Positions 1 to 13,915 of a stretch of DNA of 64,000 nucleotides are shown here, one piece after another. Made by a program: the position numbers and the translations under genes. Origin of the DNA: Octopus vulgaris. Lineage: Eukaryota. Position 1 is the stretch's first letter. The number at the start of each line of letters is the position of its first letter. Below the pieces are notes generated by a model, which did no database searches, was not told where the DNA came from, and was given only the letters and a program-made list of their open reading frames with translations. Location: contig OX597830.1 of the NCBI GenBank assembly GCA_951406725.2, forward strand, positions 69,192,001 through 69,256,000. Direction: 5' to 3'.

Positions 1-600
1 ATTTCCCAGTCAGCCTTTTGTTTTCTTGGCAGGTATTTTAACCAGGACTTAAGGATCTTGTGCCCAGGTGCCTTCCAGTTGCGTAGGTTTTTCAGTGCCT
101 GGGTGACCTCTTCAGTTGTTATAGGGTCCAGAGTCGTTCAGGTGCTGTTTTTGTTATTTTAAAAGACATTTTCTGAGGTAGTTCCATCGACGACCATATT
201 TCTTTCCCAAATTCTTCCATTTCTGCTGGTGGTGCTGCATTGATCTCTAAGTTATTTTTGCCAAGTTCTTGGTAGAATCTTTTGGGGTTAGAGTTGAATT
301 CTTTCTTTTTTTTCAGAGAAATGTTGACGGCTTCAGCTGTTCTTTTAACTCAGGCCTACCTTGTTCTGCAATTTTGTATTTATTGAGTATTTTTCTTGTT
401 TTCTTGTTAATTAGTAGTGTTGATTGTCTATTACTTTCATTAAGGATTGACAGATTATTTCTCTTATTTTCATCAAATATGCAGCGACGAATTTGGTCTT
501 CATTTTTTTGTGCAGTATATTGTCGAGCTCCAGGATCCCAAATTACTTGTACCCATCATCATCCGGGTATTTCATTCTCTCTCCGTTTGGCCCTCCTATA
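1..600 (-). mobile_element. Decayed R4/Dong-clade non-LTR retrotransposon fragment (region upstream of/into RT)
   Basis: Minus strand reads ITTEEVTQALKNLRNWKAPGHKILKSWLKYL (NWKAPG motif); homologous to 9000-9420. Confidence 0.75.
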
Positions 601-1428
601 GTCCTACAATTTACTCTTTCCCTCGCTTCAAAATAAGCACCGAAAACTTCGAGATACCTACTTCCGTCCCTATATCCATGTTGCACATTTGCACAGCCTC
701 AACACCAGCCCCTCCTTTTCAGACTCTGCTGTTTGCGAAAAGTTTTAAATCAGCCATGAAGAGGTGTTTGAGACGAGGTCCATTCTTTCTCAGTTTATAG
801 TGCCCATTGATTTTGCATAGGACTACAGAAAGTTTTCAAATCAGTATTCTACATATTCTTGATGCGTAAAACAATTTCTGTATTGATTCTTAAATATGGT
901 AAGTGTGATCGACCTAAGAGACAGAAAGTTGAAACAGCAAGAAACCACAAGCTAGCAGCATATTTAAATTTTCAGGAAATGTATGTGAACTAATATGAGT
1001 TTGGAGAGTGAGATGGGGTGGGAACCCACAGTGACTTAGTATTATAAATAATGACATGAAGGAAAGCATTGGTATAAAGAAGGAGTTAGAGTCATCAAAA
1101 GACTGATAGAAAAGGATGTCAGTAGAATTCTCTGACGAAATTAGAGAGGAGGCGAGAAACAAGACAAGAGTAACATCGGATCACAAAGGCGCAGTAGTGT
1201 TATAGATAAGGAGTAATTAAGTGCATCATATTTTAACCACTAGGAACCAGACGTGACTTGAGATGCGTCATTGGGGAGGCTGGTTGGTGGAGCGTCAACC
1301 TGTAATGTGCGGTCAAACAAATGATTTATCTATCCACCTAAGGAAATATACACGTGTATATAAGCATATAGGCACGAACACATACATACACAAACCCCAA
1401 AAAAAGCCCATAATCCCGAACAATATGT

Positions 1429-1479
<51 letters not shown>

Positions 1480-1482
<3 letters not shown>

Positions 1483-1632
1483 CAAAACAGTTTGATTCAA
1501 ATTCGTTGAGATTTAAGCGCGATGCAAGTCGTTATCCATTTTGAATTTGAACACAAATTCAAAATGGCTGACGACTAGCATCGCGTTTGAAACTCAAAAG
1601 TACCAACGAATTTGAATCAAACTGTTCTGATT
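1480..1632. mobile_element. Foldback/MITE-like palindrome (~150 bp)
   Basis: Arms aatcaaaacagtttgattcaaattcgttg / caacgaatttgaatcaaactgttctgatt; centre ccattttgaatttg-aaca-caaattcaaaatgg. Confidence 0.75.
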
Positions 1633-1667
1633 GATATATGTAACTCCTTTTGTTTGTCCACTCACTC

Positions 1668-1703
<36 letters not shown>

Positions 1704-2300
1704 AAACATGCTGCTGAAGACGTTTATACCGATAGAACACCCGGTAAATTTTCTTCATGTAAGTTGAACTAATTCCTTTTATGTTTTTTCCCTGCAAAAA
1801 ACAGTCCTCTTTTTACGAAACGTTGAAATTCCGATATTATAACATTTCTCTATCGCCCCCGCACCCACTTATAGTGATAATTGTATTTCTCTCTCACTCT
1901 CTCTCTTTCTCTCTCAGTGATATTTTTGTTGCTTGTTTATTTCTCCTAAATCATAGCAACACATTTGTCCATCGTCCCTTGTTGGCGATGCACCCATCCA
2001 ACACAGCTGCTGAGTGATATCCGACAGACTGGACAGGGCCACACAGAAGGCCTCTATGACTATGGGAACATGATTTAGTTCAAAAATTGGGGTCAAAATG
2101 GACAAGAATCATGCAATCAAGAAAGAGCTCACTGCTGACCAGTCCGTAGCGAAGTACAGCAGCATTTAATAATCTGGTCGATACAGTGGTATACTGTATC
2201 CCCCTTCTCCCCATTATGAGCATCAACATCATCGTCAAAGTCATCCTGTTCCGGGCTGGAATTGTGCTCCTGTGTGCTTTAGCATGTTTAATACATAGAG

Positions 2301-3035
2301 AATACTAAACGAGTTCCCAATGGATACCGTATTTATTACAACGAGTGGCTTGTAAACGTATCTAACGAGCGAAAGCAAGTTAGATACGTTTACAAGCCAC
2401 GAGTTGTAATAAATACGGTATCCACAGGGAATGAGTTTGGTATTTTATTTATTACACACGAATAAACGACCATATTTTATTAATCTAATAATTAAATTCT
2501 TCACATCATGTTGAAGCGCGCATGAATACAGCTTGATTTCACGTCAGTGACGTCACAATGTGTAACTGTAAAAGATGTCATGCCGCAGGAAGATAGTCCG
2601 ACTTTATTGCGCTAAGTTTTCAGGTGAAATGACTGATAACTGATGACTATTTAACATTTTGTTAACATTCAAGTTCACGTTCAAGAAATACATAACACAG
2701 ATTGAATCTTCAATAACTTTAATAATACTCAAGCATGTTTTCGAGTAGCAATGTCAGTCAGAGTAGAGCACAATAGTCCAGGAAAACTTTACTGTCCTCA
2801 TTATCTGTGAGACGAGGTCGCTTTGCATTTGAACCAAAGAAGTTCACATTGATTGTTCCCCCAAATATTGGAGCCGAGAAAATGGAGTGCAATGAACCAA
2901 AGCAAGTGACAGCGTTCCGAGATTGACTCGACGTAATGTTGACGGTGAAGGGGAGTTCACTTACACTCGCTGCTGCTGTGTGTGACGGAGGTACAAGCGA
3001 ACCAGGCTGGTCGTTGTTGCTACTACCATAATTCC
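2301..3035 (-). mobile_element. Crypton-like element remnant: long terminal hairpin plus C-terminal coding fragment
   Basis: Near-perfect hairpin 2301-2445 (tggataccgtatttattacaac..gtggcttgtaaacgtatctaac / gttagatacgtttacaagccac..gttgtaataaatacggtatcca). About 90 stop-free minus-strand codons end HSIFSAPIFGGTINVNFFGSNAKRPRL..., which resembles Crypton C-termini as I recall them. Confidence 0.45.
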
Positions 3036-3714
3036 CTTCTAATGCTTAACACCTTTCAACATAATCTGGGTGTAATTTTCATTCCATCAGCACAAGTGGG
3101 GTTACCATGTTTCTTACAAGATTATAAACACCAAGGTGGAGCAAGTTTAAGAGAGGAGAAGGAGTAGAAAGGAGTAAAGTATGAGAGAAAAGGGTCGGAG
3201 CAGCAGGAGTTTGCTGTTATAAAGGAGTAAGATGACCTTTCGTATTTTAGAAGAGAGGATGGAGGTGATCAGGTGGAGCAGGAGAGTTAAAAAAAAGATA
3301 GGTGTGATAAGGTGTCAGGGTGAACATTGACGGTACGACGTGGGTAGGATGAGTGGGGAGTAGGGGATATCTTTTAATGCAAAACCACAGAAAAGAAATG
3401 GTGATATTGTAAAAAGGAGAAGGAAGAGTGAGAGAGATGACACGCTGTTGGGTAGGTTGGAGGAGTGGATGGGGGAGAGAAAGAGGAATGCACAGTGTAT
3501 GGGAAAAGTGAGTGGTGTAGTGGTGGGTGAGGGGAGATAAACTGGAGGTACGGAAGGGTTGGGGGAAGGGGCGAGGATTGAAAGTATGGGTGGAGAGAAC
3601 AGTAATGAAGGATGAAGGGTGGATAAATTGTGAAATGATTCTGGGTAGAAAAATAGTGGTATGAAAAAAAACTGGTGTTAGGGAGGTGATAGGTGGTGGT
3701 GAGTGTCTTGAAAA

Positions 3715-3850
3715 GGAGGGAAATTGGGTGAAGCATCCAGTTGTGCATATCGCCAGTCATCTTGATACCATGTAATCTCCTCCATGTTGTCCAAGATTCT
3801 GAGATCAACATTCAGTCTCTTCCATGAAACCGAAAGTCCTGTGATCGGTG
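3715..3850 (-). mobile_element. RTE-clade LINE 3' end fragment
   Basis: [30 protein letters not shown] resembles the RTE C-terminal W...V..DL..L......DR..WR motif. Confidence 0.5.
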
Positions 3851-3874
3851 AAACACACACACGCGCACACTCAT

Positions 3875-3957
<83 letters not shown>

Positions 3958-4239
3958 TACATCTGTGTGCATATGTGATTGTGTGTATTATGTATGTATA
4001 TATATATATGTATATATATATATATACACATACATACATACTGGCCACTGGTACTTATAGTGTCAAATACTTTCGGTATGCAAATTAGAGATCCTTACAT
4101 AGAGTAACTGCAGCATTTATTGAGTATAGAAACAGTTTGGCTGCTTGTTTCTCTGGAGACTGTTAGAATGATGTGGATATCTCTCATGAGAACGCAACAA
4201 GGGTTGAAAATCAATTAAGGTTGTTCATTATCTTTTTTT

Positions 4240-4495
4240 TCAATCTGTGGAGAAATGCCTAAAATTTGCCCTGTTTATAATCATACCATATGTTATATAT
4301 ATATACATATATATGACCGCGTATGTACCGTTGGAGATTTTTTTCCCTCCGTCTTCCCTTCTTTGGATCTTTCCATTTCCTATGGTTTTGACGAAGAGCT
4401 CCGCCCGGAACGTTAAACCCTCCTTCTTTCCTGGGCGTCCAATAATACTCTACATGTTCCACGTCCTCGCGTTGTTGTGTTTTATGTTTGTTTTC
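4240..4495 (+). mobile_element. Penelope-like terminal repeat fragment with degenerate hammerhead-like core
   Basis: ttgacga-agagc-tcc-gccc-ggaa-cgtt at 4388-4414; a related sequence lies on the minus strand at ~5810-5975. Confidence 0.5.
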
Positions 4496-5644
4496 ATGTA
4501 TATATATACATACATACATATATAAATCTTTATATATAGATAGATATATACATACATACATACATACATACACATATACATACATATATACATACATATA
4601 TACATACATACATACATACATACATTCATACATAAATATATATATATATGGGGAATTTAAAAACTGGTTTTACTGGTTTGACATATAATACGATGATTCT
4701 TTCCATCTCTCTAATAATATGATATATAGAAGCTGTTTTTTCTAATATTATTAAAATGAAAACCACATCACTGACTGCAACGATATAACAAAATGGAAGC
4801 CTGCAATAAATATATAGAATTTAGTAGCTGGATCTACCAAAAAGAGATAAAATAGAGTTCTACCTACTGCAAAAATTGCAGATAGCTCTACCAGTCTGAA
4901 GAATAATAGCTTGGTCTACCAGTATAAAAGATAGCAACCAGTCGTATCAATGTGAGAAAATATATGAAATAATTCATAAACAGAATATACAGCGTTCATT
5001 TTAAGCAAATCCTTTGATGAAATTCTCAAGAAATAATCCATCACAATTCAGAACTATTCAAGTATATTTTAAGATTAAAAAAAAAGCTACTTGTTTGGGT
5101 TTCTGACCAGATACCTCAGCCATTTCTTGAAGTTCTAGTCTGCAAAATCAATAAATGGTAAAATTCCAGGTCAGTAAAATGAATTGCCATGATGTGTATA
5201 AAGATGAATATTTAAGTCTTTATCCTTTAACTGTGAACGTCGAATAGAAAAGCTGTGTTATTGCATGGAAAGAAATTGAGACAATGGAAAAGAAACTCAG
5301 CTTTAAGGAATAATATGGCAAGTGAAAAGTTATGCACAGAAAGAATGATTCAGATGGAGATGAAGGTTGAGAGATAAATAAAGATCAAAGGAAGCTAAGA
5401 AATTAAGAGAGAATTCAGAAAGAGGCAATTCCTCAAAAAGAAGCAAGTCGAAATATACCGAAAATGGCAGAAAAGGTGGAGAAATTAAACTTAACAGAAG
5501 CAATTGATAAACAATAAGAACAGCAGGAATTATACCTTAGAAATTATTCTATTCTCATACACACACACACAAACACACATACAGACACACACACAAGCAC
5601 ACACACACATACACACACACATACATACACACACACATACACAC

Positions 5645-5727
<83 letters not shown>

Positions 5728-5980
5728 AAAAGAGGTGTTTCCATGCAGCAAAAAGAAATGGGCAAATTTGTTGTACTAATATATATATAATTAATAAAAA
5801 AAAGACGGACTAAAAGGACAAGTAAAACATAATCGCGAGGACTTGACACACGCAAATTGTTAATAAGACGCTCACAGAATGAAAGAAAGAAAAAGTGTTT
5901 TACGTTTCGAGCAAAGGTCTTTTTCTGAAACAGGAGATGGCGTAAAATTCAAGAGAAAAGGAAGACAGGGAAAATAAGGA

Positions 5981-7185
5981 TTGGATGTGGTGAATTTGTG
6001 CACTAGTTACCCACACCATTATGATATAAAAGCAATCCTCTTCTGGCTAGAAAAATACCCAGAAGAGATCCCAGGACGCATCAACCACAGCTTCACAATC
6101 CCTGCACTGAAATTTAACCTCCAGAACAACTACTTCATGTCCGATACAGTTTACTATCAAGAAAAATGTGGAATTGCAGTGGAACCTCGTGCTGCCCCAC
6201 TGATTGCGAATTTTGTAATCTAGAAATTAAAATATACCAATTATCACAGCAAAAATATGGTACCTCAAAGGAATTAGACATACGAGCCTTAAGGGAAGTT
6301 AACCGAAATACTACACCAAATTTAAATGTACTCCTATACATCTCCACATATAACTCCAGAAACAATGAGGCATTCAACATCATCATCCAGAATTTACCCA
6401 TTCGCACTGGGGATAAACAATGAACGAAATTTTGGACTCACACAAAATTATCAAAATTTAACCGGCGCAAGATTATATCCCTTAACAACGGAACCAAAAG
6501 TGGAAAATGGGGGTGGCCTAACTGGGGCACATACTTCCACCTTTTGGGGGGTACAGAATTTCACTTCAAACAAGGTGAAATATTTAAGATAAAGTCACAT
6601 TTCACTTTGCCTCTGAAAACCAAATCTATGTCATTACTTGCTTAGGTTGCCAAAACCACTATATAGAACAAACACGAAGATCAACGCTTCAAAAACAACA
6701 AATCAGTTTCCCACAGTATAGACAGATAGATGTTCGTGAGCACAAGGATAGATGTGATAGGAGTCTTAAACCAAACTTCCTAATTTTCCCTTTTTATCAA
6801 TGCTCCCAGAACACCTCAGTGCAGTAAAGACTAAATAAAGAGGCAACTTTCAGTAATAAATATCAACCACAACTTAACATGAACACACAACTTAATACAG
6901 GACACTACTAACCTTACTAATACAAGTAATCCCACTAATCCTCAAACATCTCATATACCATTCATACTCTATTAATCATATTAATCTAATTGCATCACTT
7001 TCAGAACAGCTTACCTCCCTTGCATACATATACAGATACAGGTACTATTAGACCCAACAGCGTTTGGAAATTGGTGTTGATTCAAAGTTAGTGAACAGCG
7101 ATGTCGAAACCGGTATGACTTTCTATAATGACTCACGGTAAGGATTTTTATACTTCTTAATTTCCCCTCAAATCATTTAATTGTA
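5981..7185 (+). mobile_element. Decayed Penelope-like element (RT and GIY-YIG remnants)
   Basis: DVVNLCTSYPH...NNYF....YYQEKCGIAVEPRAAPLIAN matches Penelope RT motifs; a KSHF...NQIYVITCLGC..HYI.QT GIY-YIG remnant lies near 6590-6680. Confidence 0.85.
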
Positions 7186-7266
7186 TATATATGTATCTTT
7201 GTTCTAAGAAAAAGAACCATTACTTTTATGCCTAGTGTGCATTTTCTTTGTTTCTTTTTACTTTTT

Positions 7267-7395
<129 letters not shown>

Positions 7396-7918
7396 TACCT
7401 GCTCTTCTCCCACTGTTCTATCCTATTACTCTGTTATTCTGTCCTTCACTCTTCCTTGCTCACATGGCTCCCGCGTGACCATCGGCCATCTTTCTTATTT
7501 TCTCTCCGTTGTAGCTGGAACAAGGAAGACGTGTTCTTGCTTGTATCATGTCCTAGCTTAATTTATGCGTTCGTCACCACAACCTCGTTTAGGCTTAACA
7601 GCCCTTCCTGTTTCTTTTCACTGTCCTGGTTGTGTTACCTATTTTGATCCTCCGCAAAATCCCAAATTCTACTTAATTTGCTTTGCGGGAGCAACTGTTT
7701 TATCGAATACGTATATTGTTGTTAAATGCTCGAAATACGAGAATAGAGAAACAACCAGCAACTGATGAACGGTCATTCTTCATGTTTGTTTTGTTTTCCA
7801 TTTGTGTCTTTCGTTGTTCGAAAAAAATAGTTCGTGTTCCATGTACACGTGCTTCGTATTTTTGTACACGTTTTATGATGTCCTCTGCCCAGATATGCAT
7901 ATATACATACATACAAAC

Positions 7919-7976
<58 letters not shown>

Positions 7977-8057
7977 GTATAAATGTAAGTATGTACATAT
8001 GCGTATGTATATAGGCATATATTATCTATAATATATACATATATATATATACATATA

Positions 8058-8117
<60 letters not shown>

Positions 8118-8344
8118 GTGTGTGCGTGTGTAAGTGATCGAAATGTCATACTCACTCCTTTCAGTGGGCGTCAAGCTATAATACATTTTTGTGTACGTTG
8201 TCCCGTTTGTTTTCATTTTTCGTTTTTTAACTCACTATTTTGCACGCGCGCGCGCACAGCCATATATAGAAATAAACAACAGCTAAAAACGTATATGTAT
8301 AAGTCACAGAGACTCGCTAATTCTTCATCAGTTTTTCGCTAATA

Positions 8345-9800
8345 CTTTATCATTTTTCTAAGCCAAATTCCATGTTTATTTCTTTTGCAAAGCCATGTAA
8401 TCTCTCTAGTACTGTTTCCAGCTGTTTATCATTTGCAGCGTATAGTTTTAGATCATCCTTATACAAGAGTTGGTCGATTGCTTTCCCGTAAAAGTTGTAT
8501 CCATATCTAATTCTATTTAGCACGTCAGATAAAGGTGTCAGTGCCAAGCAGAAAGAGTGGAAAGATCGTGTCTCCCTGGAATATTACTGTTCTAACGGGG
8601 ACGGCTCTCTTTCGATTATTGTCGTTACTTTGGTCATAGAATATTATCAAAAGCTTTTCGATAATCGATCCCAGTCATACTTGGACCATTCTTCTCTTGT
8701 CGGCTGTCTTCAGTTATGGCTTTATTGACAGGTAGCTGATGCTTTTGCAGCACCCCTTCTTCCGTTTCAGAAACAGGTTGTTATCTTCCAGATGTTTGCC
8801 CATTCTCTGCAGTGAAGGTTTTGTAAATTGTAGCGAGACAAGTTATCAGTTTGTAATTTTGTGGGTTTCCCGTGTCAGTGGACTTGGTAATCAGGAAATG
8901 TTTCCCTTCCATGGGCCCTTGAAATATTGTCTCAGGCTCTTTTAGTATTTCATCAAATTTCCTGGGCATCGTTTTCTGTATTCCTGTTTGATATTTCAAC
9001 CAGAAATTGGAGACCTTGTAGTGCATGGTTGCCGACCTCTTCAGTTGTTATAGGAGTCCAGAGATGTAGAGGAGCTGTTTTTGTTACTTTGAAAGACCTT
9101 TTCCTAGGTTGTTCCCTCACCGACCATATTTCTTTCCATTGATCTCTATTTTATTTTTGCCAAGTTCTAAGTAGAATCTTTTGAAATTGGAGTAGAACTG
9201 TTTGTTTTGTTCAAAGAAACGTTGGCGTATCTCATACTGGCGGATTTTTTTTACTTTGGCGAGGATATCTTGCTTTAGCTGTTCTTTAATCCCAGGTATA
9301 CTTTGTTCTAGAATTTTCTATTTCCATAGTATTTTACTTCTGTTCTTGTTGCTTAGTAGTGTTGATTGTCTACTAATTTCCTTAAGGACTGACAGATCCT
9401 TTCTTTTATTTTATATCTTTTTCTAGATATTCTTTATCCACAGGATTTTTTTTAGGTGGTAATTCTCCTGTTTGGATGGGTTTGAGAGGGTATCCAGCTT
9501 TGATATATTATAGCATTTAACCTGATTATACTGACGTTTGTTTCTTTGGGTATTAGTTCCGTGACGGCCAGTTTCCTGTTATTTATTATTAATGTGACTT
9601 TAATATCAATCTTAATTTTGGGGAGCTACAGTCAGTTGTCCATACTGAGATCTGAGCCTTTCAATTCTTTGATTATATTCATTTTTAGAGTATCATAATC
9701 ATTAGTTTCACCTTCACTCTTTTAAGGTTTTAGATTTGTTTCGCTTTCCTTCCTGTTCATATTTTTTGTCTGTGGTGTTCTGATTTCGTGCATATAGCTC
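8345..9800 (-). mobile_element. Decayed R4/Dong-clade LINE, RT domain
   Basis: LALTPLS..LN...YGY......QLLYKDDLKLYA....L......F..EI.MEFGLEK and P.NYKLITCL.TIYK.FT motifs, with frameshifts. Confidence 0.9.
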
Positions 9801-10371
9801 ATCATTATACATTCATACGGCCTGGGTTTGTTGCCTTTCGTTGTTTTCTTCCTTTTCGTTACGTTTGACTTCGTATCTTACACTCCCAGTGCTTATGATA
9901 TTATTTGGCATTGCTGTGTGGTCACTATCCTCGATTTCCTAATGTACACTGAATCGCAAAAGAAACGCAATCTTTTTCAAATGTCATTTTATATTCTAAA
10001 TATATTTCAGTGATGTAAGAGTAAATATTCCAAACATGCTGATTTATGGCTGAGACCCAAATTACAGGCAATCTTTAAACTTTCCCGAAACGCGACACCA
10101 AAATGCAGCTGCGTTGAATGTCGTGGGTAGCAGTCGCAAACAATTGAAAAGAAAACCGAAATGCACGTGCATCTCGTGGAGGTTATGGCTCTAAAAATGA
10201 ACTTGAACGCATTCCTGGCATTCCAAATTTCTTCGCCTTTGGAGTAGTTCATTTCGCACGTGAGTGTGGCATTGTTGGATTATTATTGTTGGAACTCCGT
10301 GCTTTTTTTTTTTTGTTAACGCCACATTTGTATATGTTCTGCGTTTCGCAGGCTTTTTTCAACATTATTCA

Positions 10372-11045
10372 TATCTATTATATCAACGTCAATGTCTTTA
10401 TGTGTGTTCGCGTGTTACTTATATATTCAAAAACTGCTGCACAGATCATAATGAAATTTAGAACACAAAATCAAAGCCCAGGGAGAAGGGCAATGCTGTG
10501 TGTTTCATACAATTTCATGGACCAAAATTACTGAATGGATCCTTATGATATTTGAAACTTAGATTCAATGCATAAGGGCAGGTATAATGCAATATGTTTG
10601 GTTTAAATTTCAGATGGCTTAAAGGGGGCAGAACCCCGCCTTGAAAATTCATAAATTTTTGATGTTGATGAAATTTCAACCATAAGTAATTGATACACAT
10701 CAAGAAGTATTCTCAAAGATTCCACTTCATATGAGGATTCTAAGACACCATATTGAGGGCCTTAACTCCCAAATTTTAGTCATTTCTTTTATGATCCAAA
10801 ATTAGGTCAAAAGTACTGAATGGATCTTTACGAAATTTGGGAATTATATTCTATGCATAAGGGCCATAACCCCCATGACAATTCATATATTTTTGCTGCT
10901 GATGAAATTTTAACCATAGATATTAGATACAAATGAAGTAATATTTATAAAATTTCATCTTCTTGCAAGTTAGAAAGACCCCTTAATGGGGACTTAATAC
11001 CCACAATTTAATCATTTTATCTAAGCAAAGACGAATACAGTTGTA
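10372..11045 (+). mobile_element. Non-autonomous Helitron-like repeat with internal ~280-bp tandem duplication
   Basis: Starts TCTATTATAT; 10520-10795 is similar to 10800-11025 (tactgaatggatc.tta.ga.atttg...atgcataaggg...tgatgaaattt.aaccata). Confidence 0.5.
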
Positions 11046-12304
11046 CTCTTGGAAGCTGTAGGGTCACCCGAGCATAAAGATGAGCATTATTTGTAATTCA
11101 ATGGTACAACAGTGTAAGAGTTTGCTTTGGCATACACTTAGATTGTGATTTCTGCAATGTGGTGCATAAATTGTCAAGAAAATGGGAGGCATCATTGCTT
11201 CCGCTGATTCAGTTGCAAAGTGTTGAGTAAAGTTATTTGATTGCAGACTTCCTTTCAGTCTTTTTATTATCACTGAGTCACACATAGTCCCCAGAGAGTA
11301 ACATTGATTTCAAGGCCTTCCCAGATGAGTGACTTGTTATTCAAAGACACTTATAGATTGTAAATTTATTCTGTCCAGTTACGTATCAGTACAGTGGTCA
11401 TTTGCAAACTCCAACTTTCATTTATCCTTAGCCCTCACGTCACACAGTTGTTAATGTTTATTTCAGTTGGGTCACGCCCTTCCAATTACTATAGATTCGT
11501 AATGCATCTTACGGCTGTAATACTACATTGGGAATATTACATTGGGAGTGGTAACGACTGGAGTAGGGTAGCTGACTGCTTATTGTGATGATTCGTCTTT
11601 TGGTTTCCTGTAGCTTTGCTCTATTTTACAAACCCAGTGAACATATATTTCCTATTTCAAAGAAATTCAAGCAATAGATATAAGACCCTAGTTAAAAAGA
11701 TTCTCAACAATTCAACTTCTCTGCTTGACATTAAGACATCCCCCACCAATAGAGGCCTTAACTCTCACATTTTAGAGCGTTCCATGACCTCCATTTTTCA
11801 GGAGCAAAATCCTTTTAACAGGTTCTATAAGACTAGAATTTTGGAATATGCGCATAAAAATCATTAGTATGGGATACATGTGGTACGATTACAATTTGTT
11901 TAGGTTGTGTAAAGAGGGAAATAACCCTCATCTGCAATTTTGATGAAATTCGAAACATTACAGAAAATATAACAGAAAAGTCTAATTCTTCAATTACATG
12001 TAACACGGGCAAAGTGTATATACACACAAATATAAATTGATAGATACAACTGAGTGGGCAAAGAAAAATATGAGACAGCCTAGTGCTTTTTTTATGTTGA
12101 TAAGCCTGGTACTTATTCTATTAGTTTCTTCTTGTGAAACCAGTAAGTTATGGGGATGTAAATAAACGGACAGCAGTTGTGAAGCAGTGATGAGGGCGAA
12201 ACACAGAAACAAAGTCACACACATACACTTACATATGTACATACATATATAAACGATTGATTTCTGTAAGTTTCTGTCTACGAAATCCATATATATATAT
12301 ATAG

Positions 12305-12485
12305 GGAGAGTTTTCGAAAAAACAAAGGACGAAGAGAGGTGGTGTACAAAACAAACAGATGTATTAGTATAACGCTCAGGAATAGAAAAAGTCTTTTACG
12401 TTTCGAGCCTACGTTCTTCTACAGAAAGGGACACAGAAAAAACAAGGTGAGAAAAATGTGTGTAGTGGCTAACGATCTATCATAT
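12305..12485 (-). mobile_element. Penelope-like terminal repeat fragment, hammerhead-like core
   Basis: Minus strand ctgtaga-agaac-gtag-gctc-gaaa-cgt at 12398-12424. Confidence 0.5.
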
Positions 12486-13158
12486 ATGGATTTTTTGCGT
12501 TATAAGATAAAAAACCAAGGCTGCATAGATATTAGAGCATTTATAGATAGAAGCTCTTCCAGCTGTTTCTAGGATATTAATTAATAATACCCTTCGGATA
12601 GCATAAATACCACGCTTAAAAACAGAATAAGATCTGGGATCGATTCATTCGACTAAAACTTTCTGTCACAATAAAATACGTCAAATATCATTGAAATGAC
12701 GTAATATTAAATAGCATTGTAGGTAGAAATTCACTGCCAATTAATAAAATCCGTATGTTTTATATTAATTCTTTCACTTGGTGTAGAGACTTCGTAAAAC
12801 ATTAATCTTATTTTGGTTATTAATGTTCTAAATTTTTCTAAGGTGACTAAGTTACCTGAACTTACAGACTGTTGTACTAAATACTTGCCATATATAATTT
12901 CTTAACTGTCGATTCTCTTTCATTTTTCCATCATGGAAAATACTCAATAACATCGCTTTCCCTTTATATAAATGCCAGTAATATGGTGGGGTAAATATAG
13001 TTTATTCTTTCTTTTATTATTGTTGAAATTGTTAAAATACTAAAGGATAAAAGCAATACTTAAAATTCTCTAAGGATCAGATAGGAAGAGATTTAGAGGT
13101 TTAGTGGTGTCTTTAAATATGATGAGTAAATGTAATATGGAAATGTTTGTCTACTTAC

Positions 13159-13211
13159 CCATTGGCAGAAGATGCCATTGCCACCGGCCTTCGTCCTCCA
13201 CCTCTTCGAAT
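13159..13211 (-). CDS. Candidate 53-nt host-gene exon (possibly start-codon exon, MASSANG...)
   Basis: Branch-like attaac, tract tgtttgtattattctctAG|, GC-rich body, donor G|GTAAGT; all three frames open; ATG context GCAATGG. Confidence 0.55.
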
Positions 13212-13637
13212 CTAGAGAATAATACAAACATGGTTAATTGCAGAAAAAGTTTTGGAGTTATAATATTTAGCTGTTAGTAGCAAGGTTTAAACAATATGCT
13301 TATATGAAGGAGGAGGTATATAAGTAACAGTAGTGTGCAAAAGACAAAGAATAACCACATCTAAAAATCCAACTACACACAGATATAGACTCAGAAAATA
13401 TAATGCGAAAAGATATTTTTATTTTCAGTTTAGGTGTAGAAATCTGAACATAGCTATTATTGCTTTCAAATAAAGATATGAAATAGTGTTTATAATTATT
13501 TTACTTTTATAAGGCTCAGTTTTCATGATATCAGTGAAAATCCCTTAACATATTATTTTAGGCATAATTTAGAAATGTTTAGGAAAATAAAATCATCAAA
13601 TGTAATATGAAACACAGTTTATATAAGTATAGGTGGA

Positions 13638-13915
13638 TTATTATTTACGTTATTTACATTATTCGGATATGTGTCCTCGTGTTGTTTGTTGTTGCCACAA
13701 CGTTTCGGCTTATTTACTCTCCAGCCTTTATCAGGTGTTCTAGTGGAATTTTAGACTCAACCCTAAGTTCTCATTCTTAAGGTATTTGTTGGTGATGTTA
13801 CTAAAATTCCACCAGGACACTTGATGAAGGTTGAGGAATAAATCAGCCGAAACGTTTTGATAACAACAAACAAGCTGAGGACACATAACCGTCTAATGTA
13901 AATAATGTAAATAAT
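13638..13915. mobile_element. Inverted pair of Penelope-type terminal repeats (~280-bp palindrome)
   Basis: attatttacgttatttacatta...caacgtttcggct / agccgaaacgtt...taatgtaaataatgtaaataat; each arm carries a hammerhead-like core. Confidence 0.65.

Noticed and set aside
9944-10310. 81-aa ORF or possible Tc1/mariner remnant
   Set aside because: No matching second TIR or recognisable transposase motif could be supported.
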